A stretch of DNA of 64,000 nucleotides. Origin: Balanoglossus misakiensis. Taxonomy: Eukaryota; Animalia; Hemichordata. The first letter of the stretch is position 1. Every line of letters starts with the position of its first letter. Shown piece by piece: positions 20,361 through 30,046 of this stretch. Both the position numbers and the translations under genes were made by a program. The stretch covers positions 62,001-126,000 of the forward strand of contig JBECUI020000030.1 in the NCBI GenBank assembly GCA_040954595.2. The letters are read 5' to 3'. Under the pieces are notes generated by a model, which saw nothing but the letters and a program-made list of their open reading frames with translations, was not told the origin of the DNA and did no database searches.

Positions 20361-22229
20361 ATGGAAGCTATAAAACGCATTGCATTCCCGCCTGAAGTAC
20401 TAGATGTTGTTCAATCTTGTAATATTGTCATTCCTACGAGTCGAGAACATCTATTTGATCTTGTTTTTTCTTCGCCGAAAAAAAACATTGCTGAGGTTCT
20501 CTACGAAATACCAGGCAAGGGACCGTACAAAGAAGCAATTATAACACGCTGCAAAAACGGCGTAGCAGTAAACTTTACCGATCCCTATATGCGTCGTCGC
20601 GATCCGAATGCCATGGTCATTGCAGATGACAAACCCACCGACAAAGAACGGTACGAAGATCGTTTCAAATCACCCTTTCAGAAGACGCGACAAGAGACAT
20701 TTGATTGGCTTAAGAAACAAAAGGAATTAATTTTTCTACCGTTTTATTCAGGACAAAAACAAGATGGATATGCAACTGGTCTCCTTGCACCAATGAACGC
20801 TGCCTTTTTTGCAGCAGCCCTAGCCGACTTGCAAGGCTTTGTTCCGCTTGGTCGTATGCCAGAGCACTTTGCACTCAGAGCCATGATGTATCTGGCTCCT
20901 CCGTTTCGCCATACACATTTTGCTGGCAAACAGGTTGTAGCACATAATCGTCTTGATAACATGCACGAAGTCTTTGCCTACAATCTCTATCCCGGTCCCA
21001 GTGCAAAAAAAGGTGTGTATAGCATCTTACTAAATATTGGCGAAAAGGAAGGATGGACCACATTACATAGTTCAGCGGTACGACTTATTACGCCCTACGA
21101 TAATGAATTTGTCATTCTCCACGAAGGGGCTTCCGGCGGTGGGAAAAGCGAAATGACAGAACCACTCCATCGTTCGGAGGATGGCACCGTTGAATTAGCA
21201 CAAAGTATAGTTTCTTCTATAAACTATACCATTGAGTTACGAGACACCTGCGCCTTACACCCAGTATCGGATGACATGTCGCTTGCATCTCCGGCAATGT
21301 TGGCAGGTAAACGAAAATTAGTTATTCGCGACGCCGAAGCCGGATGGTTTTTACGGGTAAATCACTTAAATGAATATGGGAAAGCACCTCAGTTGGAAAA
21401 ACTCTGCGTTAATCCACCAGAACCACTTATCTTTCTAAATATTGATGCAAAGCCAGAATCGACTGCTCTTATATGGGAACACATTGAAGATAAACCCAAT
21501 GTTCCTTGTCCAAATCCGCGCATTATTATGCCACGACATTTCATTAAAGATGTAGTCGACAGCAATGTTTCTGTTGACATACGAAGTTTCGGAGTCAGGA
21601 CACCTCCTTGTACAAAAGAAAACCCTGATTATGGTATTATTGGGCTTCTCCATATTTTGCCACCCTCTTTAGCGTGGTTGTGGAGACTGGTAGCCCCTCG
21701 AGGATATGCAAATCCGAGCATTGTCGGAAGCAATAAACTGGAAAGCGAAGGGGTCGGGTCATACTGGCCTTTTGCTACCGGCAAGAAGATTGCACAGGCC
21801 AATATTCTCTTACAACAAATACAACAAACCACTGAAACCGGTTATGTTCTTATTCCGAATCAACACATTGGCGCCTACCACGTTGGCTTTAGTGCAGAAT
21901 GGATCGCTCGAGAATACCTTGCCCGCCGAGGAAGTTCGCGTTATAAGTTTGGACGATTAATTCCCGCACGATGTCCCATACTGGGTTTTACCTTGCCATC
22001 ATTAAAGGTAAACGGACAAACAATTCCCGAAATTTTGCTTCATGTAGATAAACAGTTTGCAGTTGGAACAACAGGGTATGATGCTGGTGCAAAAATACTA
22101 ACTGATTTCTTTAAGCAAGAGCTTGAGCAATATCGTACCAGGGAGTTACACCCAATTGGTCGGGCAATTATTGACGTCTGCCTAAACAATGGAACACTGG
22201 ACGACTACTGCGACCTAATTTCTATCTAA
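20361..22229 (+). CDS. DUF4914 family protein (PEP-carboxykinase-like P-loop protein)
   Basis: YMRRRDP, NLYPGPSAKKG, HEGASGGGKSEM, SDDM, CPNPR. Confidence 0.8.
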   Translation: MEAIKRIAFPPEVLDVVQSCNIVIPTSREHLFDLVFSSPKKNIAEVLYEIPGKGPYKEAIITRCKNGVAVNFTDPYMRRRDPNAMVIADDKPTDKERYEDRFKSPFQKTRQETFDWLKKQKELIFLPFYSGQKQDGYATGLLAPMNAAFFAAALADLQGFVPLGRMPEHFALRAMMYLAPPFRHTHFAGKQVVAHNRLDNMHEVFAYNLYPGPSAKKGVYSILLNIGEKEGWTTLHSSAVRLITPYDNEFVILHEGASGGGKSEMTEPLHRSEDGTVELAQSIVSSINYTIELRDTCALHPVSDDMSLASPAMLAGKRKLVIRDAEAGWFLRVNHLNEYGKAPQLEKLCVNPPEPLIFLNIDAKPESTALIWEHIEDKPNVPCPNPRIIMPRHFIKDVVDSNVSVDIRSFGVRTPPCTKENPDYGIIGLLHILPPSLAWLWRLVAPRGYANPSIVGSNKLESEGVGSYWPFATGKKIAQANILLQQIQQTTETGYVLIPNQHIGAYHVGFSAEWIAREYLARRGSSRYKFGRLIPARCPILGFTLPSLKVNGQTIPEILLHVDKQFAVGTTGYDAGAKILTDFFKQELEQYRTRELHPIGRAIIDVCLNNGTLDDYCDLISI

Positions 22230-22268
22230 GATTGAAGCAGACACACAGAATTCCATGTAAAACTATAT

Positions 22269-23768
22269 ATGGACATTCTCAGTACTACCGCACAACAGCA
22301 TTTCGGTATTTTTGCACTATTCCCGTACCAGCGCTTGGTCATAACAGGCATTCTGGAAGCAGCCCAACATCCTGATTTTATAAATGAATCAGATCAGCCC
22401 CATACCCGGAGAATTGTTATTCTCCCGACTGGGGCAGGCAAGACACTCTGCTTTCAATTACCAGCGCTTATGTTGCCCCACCTCAGCATTATTGTGTTCC
22501 CCCTGCTCAGTCTGTTACAAGATCAGAAACGTCGCTTCCAAGAACAAAAGATAGCAACCGTGCTATTACGCGGCAATCAAAGTCGCGAAGAACGGAAGAA
22601 ACTTTGGGAAGAGTTGGAATCGGGAAAAGTGAAAATTATTCTGTCCAATCCGGAAACCCTACTTCTTCCTTCAGTTTTACAAAGATTAAAACGTTTGCCC
22701 TCTTCTCACCTCGTTATTGATGAAGCACATTGTATTTTTGAATGGGGCACGACCTTTCGTCCTACCTATCTTCGCCTGGTAGAACTTGTTCCTTCCATTC
22801 CAGTTGTTACCGCATTTACAGCAACCGCATCTCCGAAAACACTAGAGGGTATCCGTCAGAACCTCTTTCCAGAGGGCTGCACTGTGCTCCACGGAAATCC
22901 GGATCGACAAAACATATCCTATTCTGTCGTAGAAAGCATTGCCTCATCACGAAGTGTTGTTCGCATGTTGAAAGGAGACAAAACGAACATAGAGAGCAGG
23001 AAGCACTGGACTATCGGACAAGCAATGAAGACCCCGGCAATCATATTTGCATCGGGTAGGGCAACTGTTCGATTATTGGCACGAATGCTTCGGCAACAAC
23101 TGCAATCCGACAATATATTTTTTTACCATGCCGGATTGACCAATGCTGAAAAATTACGGGTAGAAGATTGGTTTTTTAATAGTACCGACGGCATCCTATG
23201 TGCTACCTGCGCTTATGGAATGGGAGTTGATAAAGCCAATATTCGCAGCGTTATTCACTATGAGGCATCACCAAGCATAGAAAGCTATGTACAAGAAGCT
23301 GGAAGAGCAGGACGAGACCAGGAACCAGCCAATGCCGTACTGATATGGAACGCTAGCAGAGAAGCACGAAGGGGCAGAACAAGTCAATTAGCAGAATATG
23401 CAGAAACAAGCGACTGCCGGAGGGTCAGCTTGCTTTCCCTCTTGGGAAGTGATTGTGAAGTATGTTTTGGTTGTGACCGTTGTAATAACGAACATGACCC
23501 AATGGAAGGAGTAGAAGAACTATATGCACTCATTTCTCGCTATCCACGAAGATTTAGTAAAATAGAAGTGGCTTGTATTTTATCCGGAACTTATAATCGA
23601 CAAACAAGCCACCATGGAAAGGAATGGTGGGCTTGTTTGCGTGAATGGCACATAGAAGACATCATCGAAGGGATCGATGCGCTCCTACTTCAAGGTATGC
23701 TCAAATTGCATACTGGCCGGTTGTGGAATAATACTTTGAGCATCAATAAACAACATACCTACAGGTAA
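22269..23768 (+). CDS. recQ: RecQ-family ATP-dependent DNA helicase
   Basis: PTGAGKTLCFQLP, DEAHC, TATA, QEAGRAGRD, Zn-binding CRR..C..CD.C. Confidence 0.9.
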   Translation: MDILSTTAQQHFGIFALFPYQRLVITGILEAAQHPDFINESDQPHTRRIVILPTGAGKTLCFQLPALMLPHLSIIVFPLLSLLQDQKRRFQEQKIATVLLRGNQSREERKKLWEELESGKVKIILSNPETLLLPSVLQRLKRLPSSHLVIDEAHCIFEWGTTFRPTYLRLVELVPSIPVVTAFTATASPKTLEGIRQNLFPEGCTVLHGNPDRQNISYSVVESIASSRSVVRMLKGDKTNIESRKHWTIGQAMKTPAIIFASGRATVRLLARMLRQQLQSDNIFFYHAGLTNAEKLRVEDWFFNSTDGILCATCAYGMGVDKANIRSVIHYEASPSIESYVQEAGRAGRDQEPANAVLIWNASREARRGRTSQLAEYAETSDCRRVSLLSLLGSDCEVCFGCDRCNNEHDPMEGVEELYALISRYPRRFSKIEVACILSGTYNRQTSHHGKEWWACLREWHIEDIIEGIDALLLQGMLKLHTGRLWNNTLSINKQHTYR

Positions 23769-23798
23769 GCAGCTTTGAAACGTTTTCATTGCTATCCT

Positions 23799-24515
23799 CT
23801 ATTCCTTCCAAGTGAACCGCAGGGAAATGTATGACGACTCTCGTAGCATTTGAGCTACACTGTTTTTGTCTCGTAAATTGTAATCATCCTCGTTTATGAA
23901 AAGATCCATACCTAATCCCATGCCGAATTTTTTAGTTAAGTAAAAATCAGCACCTGCCTGTATAACCCATCTCCAAGCTATTGTAGCCAAGTGGTCCCTA
24001 CTATCCAAATAATTGCTAACATCATACGACCTGAGTTCCTGCTTGAGCACTAATGCGCCACCTATACCAGCGTATGGCTGGAAAAACCCTATAGGCCAAG
24101 ATACTAATGGAACAAAAGTAAACACATGCTCCCAAGACATCAACGCAAAGGAATCCACTGTAAAGAAATCGTAGCCCTCATGCATTAAAGAAAATAGATT
24201 CTCCATACCAACAAAGTTATAGCCAATTGAAACAGCTAATGGTCCAATATATGGAATAAGCTCTGCCCCAGTAGACACTGCCCTTGTTTCATAACTACCT
24301 CTAATATAGCGCTTTAATTCATAGGGATTTAAACCTACTTTAGATACCAACATAATGCCAGCCTTCCAAAAGGAACCTGCATTATTAGTAACAGCAGAAT
24401 CAGCTGGAACAGTCGTGGTGGTAGTAACCGTCGTAACGGTACCCTCCTGCGCAAAAACAACTGCAGACAAACTCATCAACAGAATAAAATACCCAAACAA
24501 GCGAATGTGTTTCAT
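23799..24515 (-). CDS. Hypothetical exported protein, probable small outer-membrane beta-barrel
   Basis: GGAGG RBS, signal peptide, Thr-rich linker, and FQPYAGIGG / QAGADFY strands typical of OmpW/OmpA-like barrels. Confidence 0.55.
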   Translation of the reverse strand: MKHIRLFGYFILLMSLSAVVFAQEGTVTTVTTTTTVPADSAVTNNAGSFWKAGIMLVSKVGLNPYELKRYIRGSYETRAVSTGAELIPYIGPLAVSIGYNFVGMENLFSLMHEGYDFFTVDSFALMSWEHVFTFVPLVSWPIGFFQPYAGIGGALVLKQELRSYDVSNYLDSRDHLATIAWRWVIQAGADFYLTKKFGMGLGMDLFINEDDYNLRDKNSVAQMLRESSYISLRFTWKE

Positions 24516-24583
24516 AAAAACGCCTCCATATAGTTTCATCACAAAAACAGTATAATCAAAAAACAAAAAATTTCAAGGAAAAA

Positions 24584-25837
24584 TTACTTTTTTTGTTGTA
24601 AACAAGCAAAGTTTCCAGCTTCAAACCCACGGATCTCGTAAGTCTTATCCTGCAAGAATACAGCATGTTTAAGAGTAGAGTCAATATGTTTATTAAAGAA
24701 ATTAATTATATATTCATCTTTTGTACTATATTTAAGTAAATTTTGTTGTAACCGATTGCTAAAATACGGAATAAGTGAGTCCTTACTCTGTTGAAGCATA
24801 TAGGCATGAAACTCATTTACACTTAAGTACTCATATTTGCTATCATAGCCTAACGTAGCTAACATAAAGCGCCAAAACGTGCGTTCCTCTTCGGAAAGGT
24901 GATTATCCCATACATTCGAAACAGCACTACGGTACTGCTCTTCTTCGTAGAAAAATCCATGCAAAACTTCATGCGTCAGGAGCAATTTGCGTACCGCCGG
25001 CGAAACATCGGCAGAAACTGCAAGAATGCCACCTTTCCCCGGTACAAACATATCATCTTGCAGAGAAATAACGTTATGGGCGAGTAAAATATCACGCAAA
25101 AGAATTTCTTCCTTATTCATAATGTTTATATCCGCTTGATTAAAAAAAATGGCAAGATCCCGTGCCTCGTAGTTATGTGCATTCCACCCATGCTTGCCTC
25201 TTAGTTCTGAATTACTCATAATGCGACCACGATAACCACGTTTCTCAACATAAAATGCTAGTCGCTTAAAAAACTTTGCCTGTCTTGTTAATGTATCGGA
25301 AAGAAGGACAAGAATGTTAGGGTATAAGGACCAAGAAAAGAGTTCGTACTCCCGTGTGCGCCACAACGAACGGGGAAAAAATAGAATACTTCCGATATCT
25401 GCAGGCAATGGTAGTGCTGCATCGGGAACAGGCAAGAATGTAAGGGTCATATGATCTAAGGAATCTATTCGCATAGCAGTTGGCTGATGATCAAGATGAA
25501 AATATACAGTGTTTTCCCCAGGACGCATCGTCAAGGAATAGTGATATTTGTCGACATCACTGGTAAAAACTACCGACGCCGTTTTCGCAAATGGCTGCTG
25601 CGGCACATGCTTGTATTGCAGCATAAGCAGCACATGTCCGTTGGGTTTCACTTCTACAGGTATAGAATCGGGAAAGATAAGAAAGAAATTCTCTGCCCCT
25701 TCATGAAATGACCATCCGTCAGGCACCTGTACAGTGCTCCCGGATTGATAAAAGAATTGGTGCTCGGCTGAAGTAATAGCATAGCTGGTAGAATATAGTA
25801 ACACAAGTAATGTACCTGATATAACAAATATTCTCAT
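24584..25837 (-). CDS. Conserved spirochaete-type exported protein with an HExxH motif
   Basis: Signal peptide; FKRLAFYVEK.GYRG, HGWNAHNY, THEVLHG and NEFHAY motifs. Confidence 0.6.
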   Translation of the reverse strand: MRIFVISGTLLVLLYSTSYAITSAEHQFFYQSGSTVQVPDGWSFHEGAENFFLIFPDSIPVEVKPNGHVLLMLQYKHVPQQPFAKTASVVFTSDVDKYHYSLTMRPGENTVYFHLDHQPTAMRIDSLDHMTLTFLPVPDAALPLPADIGSILFFPRSLWRTREYELFSWSLYPNILVLLSDTLTRQAKFFKRLAFYVEKRGYRGRIMSNSELRGKHGWNAHNYEARDLAIFFNQADINIMNKEEILLRDILLAHNVISLQDDMFVPGKGGILAVSADVSPAVRKLLLTHEVLHGFFYEEEQYRSAVSNVWDNHLSEEERTFWRFMLATLGYDSKYEYLSVNEFHAYMLQQSKDSLIPYFSNRLQQNLLKYSTKDEYIINFFNKHIDSTLKHAVFLQDKTYEIRGFEAGNFACLQQKK

Positions 25838-25844
25838 TAATTAC

Positions 25845-26594
25845 CTATAACACGGTAGTCTCTTGCATAAGTAGTTCAGCTATTTCGCAACGCTGTACAA
25901 TAGAAATATCCTTGTCCGTTAAGAAAATTCGGAATCGATTTAAAATGCTCGGAGTTATTGTTGCTAGATTCTCCAGTTCTCGTTTAACAGCGGGCTCAGG
26001 AGGTTCATAGCTATGTGCCATACAAAACAAAAGTGATGCAAAGACCCGAGTAAAATCTGTCGAAGCAGTACCAAAGAGATAGTAGTTATCATCCAATACC
26101 GCTTTCCGGAGAGTACGTAGACATTCACGCAAGACCCCTGTTAACACTCGTTTATGTTTTGCCCAAAACCCTTCGGGAATATCATGCAATCGTTGACGCA
26201 AGGCTTCTAAACGTCCTGTTTTGCTGTAATGTATGTCTGCTGTACTGATCTGCCATAATACTTGTAAGGTATGAACGCTATTCTGCATCTTTGAGCGATT
26301 ATTGGACCATGCCTCCAAGCGCCTAATTTTCTCATACCGTATAAGAATAGGAACACCATGCATTAATAAACGATCCTGATTGCAGTCAGTCAAGTGTTCG
26401 TAGAGATCAACAAAAGAAAAAACTTTTCTCCTATACGTTTTCCATGGAATTTCACCCTGACAATACACTGTTATATCTACTGAAAAGCCTGCATCATAGA
26501 TACTTTGCCCTTGAACATACTCTGTAATGCTCTCAGTGGTTTCCCAATCTTTGATAATATTAGTTACTTTGCCTACTATATTCTGCCAATGCAT
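25845..26594 (-). CDS. Hypothetical protein, DUF4037-like (nucleotidyltransferase-related)
   Basis: 249-aa ORF co-oriented with the next gene. Resemblance to spirochaete DUF4037 proteins judged by eye. Confidence 0.45.
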   Translation of the reverse strand: MHWQNIVGKVTNIIKDWETTESITEYVQGQSIYDAGFSVDITVYCQGEIPWKTYRRKVFSFVDLYEHLTDCNQDRLLMHGVPILIRYEKIRRLEAWSNNRSKMQNSVHTLQVLWQISTADIHYSKTGRLEALRQRLHDIPEGFWAKHKRVLTGVLRECLRTLRKAVLDDNYYLFGTASTDFTRVFASLLFCMAHSYEPPEPAVKRELENLATITPSILNRFRIFLTDKDISIVQRCEIAELLMQETTVL

Positions 26595-26630
26595 AAAATA
26601 CTAAGTAATATGATATCATAAAAAAATATT

Positions 26631-27212
26631 ATGTGCAAGGATTCTCTGATACATTATGCTATATTTTTATTGCCGCCTAATCTGGAACGTAATCTAAACA
26701 GGGAGCGGAAGAAATATCGCGTGTTTGCCCCTTTGCCACCCTGCATACCACTTGTACGACTGAATGAAATACCGCCACCTTCAGTACTATACGCAATAGC
26801 CCGTACACATTGTCTTCGTATCATTCATCAAACACTTATCCGACAACAGGGCAATCTCTACCTGGAATGTTCGGGAGATACCCCAAAAGGGATTCTCACT
26901 GCCTTGCAACCGTGGCAACACAAGAATCAAACTGTACCCCTTCAATGTACCCCCACCCCTTGTACTATCTTTCTCGCAGTAGAACAAGAAGAAGAAAAAG
27001 ATAGCCCCCTCACCTCATCATGTTATATCAATACCGCAGCATTACGGCTGGCAATTCTGTCTTTCCATTCGTATACAGATCCATGGTGGCAAGAATTGTA
27101 CTGGAAAATTAATTGGGAACATCGTCTTTCGCCTGAACCTCGCGCTGATTATTCGCATAAAACAAACAAAGACTTTGCAACGGACAAGAATCACACTTCG
27201 GCTTTTGACTAA
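26631..27212 (+). CDS. Hypothetical protein
   Basis: 193-aa ORF divergent from the 26594 gene; its 3' end overlaps nth. Confidence 0.5.
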   Translation: MCKDSLIHYAIFLLPPNLERNLNRERKKYRVFAPLPPCIPLVRLNEIPPPSVLYAIARTHCLRIIHQTLIRQQGNLYLECSGDTPKGILTALQPWQHKNQTVPLQCTPTPCTIFLAVEQEEEKDSPLTSSCYINTAALRLAILSFHSYTDPWWQELYWKINWEHRLSPEPRADYSHKTNKDFATDKNHTSAFD

Positions 27213-27786
27213 CACAACAGAGCCGCCCATGGTAATTAAGTAACATGGAAATCTGTGCCCATTGACTAGAATCAAACTGACTTGCTATGCTTTGCTCGAC
27301 TTTATGAGCATGAGTTATATCGTCGGAACTGATCCCGAGCCGATGGGCAACCCGTGCACAATGACGGTCAACGATAATGGCGTCCTTGCCAAACCCTTGC
27401 GAGAGAACAAGCGAAGCACATTTTCGTCCAATGCCGGGAATACGAAGCAATTCGTCCATTGTAGTAGGAATCGTATTTGCCTGCTCGTGCCATATATACC
27501 TAGCCGCCCGTATTATCAGTTCGGACTTGCGCCTATAAAACCCACAACTGTGAATAATCCGTGCCACCTCGTCTTTCTCAGCTGTCGCAAGAGACTGAAT
27601 GTCCGGATATCGATCAAAAAGAGAACCAATAACCTGATTTACTTGTTCATCAGTTGTCTGGGCAGAAAGAATACAGGCAATTAATAGCTGAAATGGTTCG
27701 GTAACACGGATAAGACTTACTGGGTTGGAATATAATTTCTCTAAGGTAGATCTTATATCCGCTATCTGCTCCCTTGTATGATGCAT
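27109..27786 (-). CDS. nth: Endonuclease III
   Basis: ILSAQTTD, HhH motif LLRIPGIGRKCA, VDRH, 4Fe-4S motif C-x6-C-x2-C-x5-C. Confidence 0.93.
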   Translation of the reverse strand: MHHTREQIADIRSTLEKLYSNPVSLIRVTEPFQLLIACILSAQTTDEQVNQVIGSLFDRYPDIQSLATAEKDEVARIIHSCGFYRRKSELIIRAARYIWHEQANTIPTTMDELLRIPGIGRKCASLVLSQGFGKDAIIVDRHCARVAHRLGISSDDITHAHKVEQSIASQFDSSQWAQISMLLNYHGRLCCVSQKPKCDSCPLQSLCLFYANNQREVQAKDDVPN

Positions 27787-27835
27787 ACAGAAAGTATGCA
27801 GTATTTACCTCCCTCCTGTCTAGTAATCTTAATTA

Positions 27836-27864
27836 TTGACGAATGTCGCTAAAAGTATTACACT
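27836..27864 (+). promoter_or_regulatory. Sigma70 promoter of tRNA-Pro/tRNA-Arg
   Basis: TTGACG-17 nt-TACACT, 11 nt before the tRNA. Confidence 0.7.
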
Positions 27865-27875
27865 AACGGTCTATA

Positions 27876-27948
27876 CGGGATGTGGCCTAGTGGCTAAGGC
27901 GCCTGCTTTGGGAGCAGGAGATCGGAGGTTCAAATCCTCTCATCCCGA
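27876..27948 (+). tRNA. tRNA-Pro(TGG)
   Basis: Acceptor CGGGATG/CATCCCG, anticodon arm CCTGC-TTTGGGA-GCAGG, T-loop GTTCAAATC. Confidence 0.96.
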
Positions 27949-27954
27949 TACATT

Positions 27955-28027
27955 GCGCCCATAGCTCAGTGGATAGAGCAGTGGCCTTCTAAGCCATTGG
28001 TCAGAGGTTCGAATCCTCTTGGGCGCG
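27955..28027 (+). tRNA. tRNA-Arg(TCT)
   Basis: Acceptor GCGCCCA/TGGGCGC, anticodon loop CTTCTAA, GTTCGAATC. Confidence 0.96.
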
Positions 28028-28054
28028 TGTGTACCCTACACAAAATTCATATCA

Positions 28055-29053
28055 TTACTGACGCTCTGCTTTTTTTCGCATAGAATACTCTTTCTCCCGC
28101 CGAATAGCCTGTAAACTCCCATATTGCGAAAAGTGTTTAAACGATAGGTTGTGCCAGTTATCCATATCCTGTTGAACTTCGATGAGTTTGGAAAGCGCGT
28201 TGTTCGTACTAGTATGTATATGTTGCGATGCGGTAAATTCCTGTACCTCAGGGCTGTTCAAAAATTCAATATACATGTGCATAATTTTTTGCTTGTATAC
28301 ATCGTCTGTGTAATAGATATGGAATGCAACCTTAATACTTGTGGACGGTATAACCGTTTCGACATCCCAATCTCGTACTAGTTGTTGTGCTTGATACTCG
28401 GTAGTAATAAGTACATCCCCTAGTTTCTTAGCTATAAAGTACTCGACTATACCTTTGTGAGATAATCCTTCTAAGATAGTGTTGGTAACAAATGCAGTTG
28501 TAAAATCCATACTCTTATCAAGAGATTGCAAAAATTTCTCCTCTGCATAGTACCAGACATTTAAGTATATCAATCGCCCTAAATCAGTCGCGAAATAGTT
28601 GTTGCTGACAATGCTTACTCCAGGATCCACTAAGTCATCCCAATCACGAATATTCTTCGGATTTCCTTTCCGTACAACAAAATTCATTATTGTATACTTT
28701 TGGTTATCTGACCGCAACAAATTAATTTGTGGAACAATCTCGTCTTCCGGCATTAATTCATGTGCAAGTAAGGTCGTATCCAAGTAATACAAGGTCGTGA
28801 TAATATCTACATCATTGGATAATATATACGCTAATAACTCATATCGATTGCTTACGTATTCTTGTACAATATGTATTCTTCTTCCAGTTTCTTGCACATA
28901 CCAATCTGAAAAGTTGTTATTGACAAAATCAAATAAACCGTCGCTTTCTTGAAAGGAAACATGCCGTATAACCTCATGCTGTTCGGCATCCTGATCAGTA
29001 CAGGCAGTTAGGAGATACAGTCCTATGCAACACAAGAGTGCAGTAACCCTCAT
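28055..29053 (-). CDS. Divergent sulfate/thiosulfate-binding (Sbp/CysP-like) lipoprotein
   Basis: Lipobox LTAC; signature FVVRKGNPKNIRDWDDL..PGV; GDVLIT.E. Confidence 0.7.
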   Translation of the reverse strand: MRVTALLCCIGLYLLTACTDQDAEQHEVIRHVSFQESDGLFDFVNNNFSDWYVQETGRRIHIVQEYVSNRYELLAYILSNDVDIITTLYYLDTTLLAHELMPEDEIVPQINLLRSDNQKYTIMNFVVRKGNPKNIRDWDDLVDPGVSIVSNNYFATDLGRLIYLNVWYYAEEKFLQSLDKSMDFTTAFVTNTILEGLSHKGIVEYFIAKKLGDVLITTEYQAQQLVRDWDVETVIPSTSIKVAFHIYYTDDVYKQKIMHMYIEFLNSPEVQEFTASQHIHTSTNNALSKLIEVQQDMDNWHNLSFKHFSQYGSLQAIRREKEYSMRKKAERQ

Positions 29054-29094
29054 AAGAACATAGTAAAACTAATAAAATTACTTTGTCAATGTAA

Positions 29095-30000
29095 TTAGAT
29101 ATATTTAATAAAAAGATCGGTTGAAAGATACCGTTCACCGCTATCACAAAGGATGGTAACTATAACCGACTCATGCCTGCCAGCCTCACGTAGTGATTGC
29201 TCCAGTTGCATGGCAACCGCAACGTTTCCCCCCGACGAGGGACCACATAGAATGCCTCGCTCTGCTAGCAGTCTGCAGCTCTTTTGTGCCTCCGCATAAT
29301 CGATCTCCCGTATTTCATCTATCATTTCCTCGTTGTAAATTCCGGGTATAAAAGATCCCGTCCATTTGCGTATCCCCGGTATACTCGCACCCTCTTTCGG
29401 GCGAACGGCAACTATGGAAATGGAACTATCTTGCTCCTTTAGATAACGTGACATGCCCATAAGGGTTCCGGTTGTTCCCGTTGAAGCAACAAAATGTGTA
29501 ACTCTCCCGGCTGTATCTTGCCATATTTCAGGTCCGGTTCTGTTGTAATGGGCACGCCAGTTGTTGGGATTATCAAACTGATTAAGTTGCACCCCTTTCC
29601 CCTCAGCAATAAGCTGCTCGGCTTGCCTTCGTGATCCTTCCATGCCTTCCGACTTCGGAGTTAGAATAAGCTGAGCTCCATAGGCACGAATAAGCTGTTT
29701 TCGTTCCTCGCTGACAGATTCTGGCATAAGTAAAATAAGAGAATACCCGCGACTAGCACAAATCATAGCAAGTGCTATGCCCGTGTTCCCACTCGTCGCT
29801 TCAATAATGGTAGAATGCGGGTTGATAGTTCCATCTTTTTCCGCTTCTAAAACCATATTGATAACAGCTCTGTCCTTAACGGATCCTCCGATATTCATAT
29901 ACTCTAGCTTGCCGAGTACGATGGGATGCCCACTTCCTTCATCATTTAACCGTATAAGCGGGGTGTTGCCTATGCACTGCTCCAAGGTTTTGATATTCAT
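29095..30000 (-). CDS. cysM: Cysteine synthase (CysM-like)
   Basis: GNTPL, GSVKDR (PLP Lys), TSGNTG, GTTGT, and PGIRKW typical of CysM. Confidence 0.85.
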   Translation of the reverse strand: MNIKTLEQCIGNTPLIRLNDEGSGHPIVLGKLEYMNIGGSVKDRAVINMVLEAEKDGTINPHSTIIEATSGNTGIALAMICASRGYSLILLMPESVSEERKQLIRAYGAQLILTPKSEGMEGSRRQAEQLIAEGKGVQLNQFDNPNNWRAHYNRTGPEIWQDTAGRVTHFVASTGTTGTLMGMSRYLKEQDSSISIVAVRPKEGASIPGIRKWTGSFIPGIYNEEMIDEIREIDYAEAQKSCRLLAERGILCGPSSGGNVAVAMQLEQSLREAGRHESVIVTILCDSGERYLSTDLFIKYI

Positions 30001-30046
30001 ACCTTAAGTATAGCCTTTATACAAGAAAAACATGAAGTATGGCATA

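Noticed and set aside
27876-28060. tRNA genes as an integration site for an island
   Set aside because: No integrase, and no duplicated tRNA 3' end was seen near either tRNA cluster.
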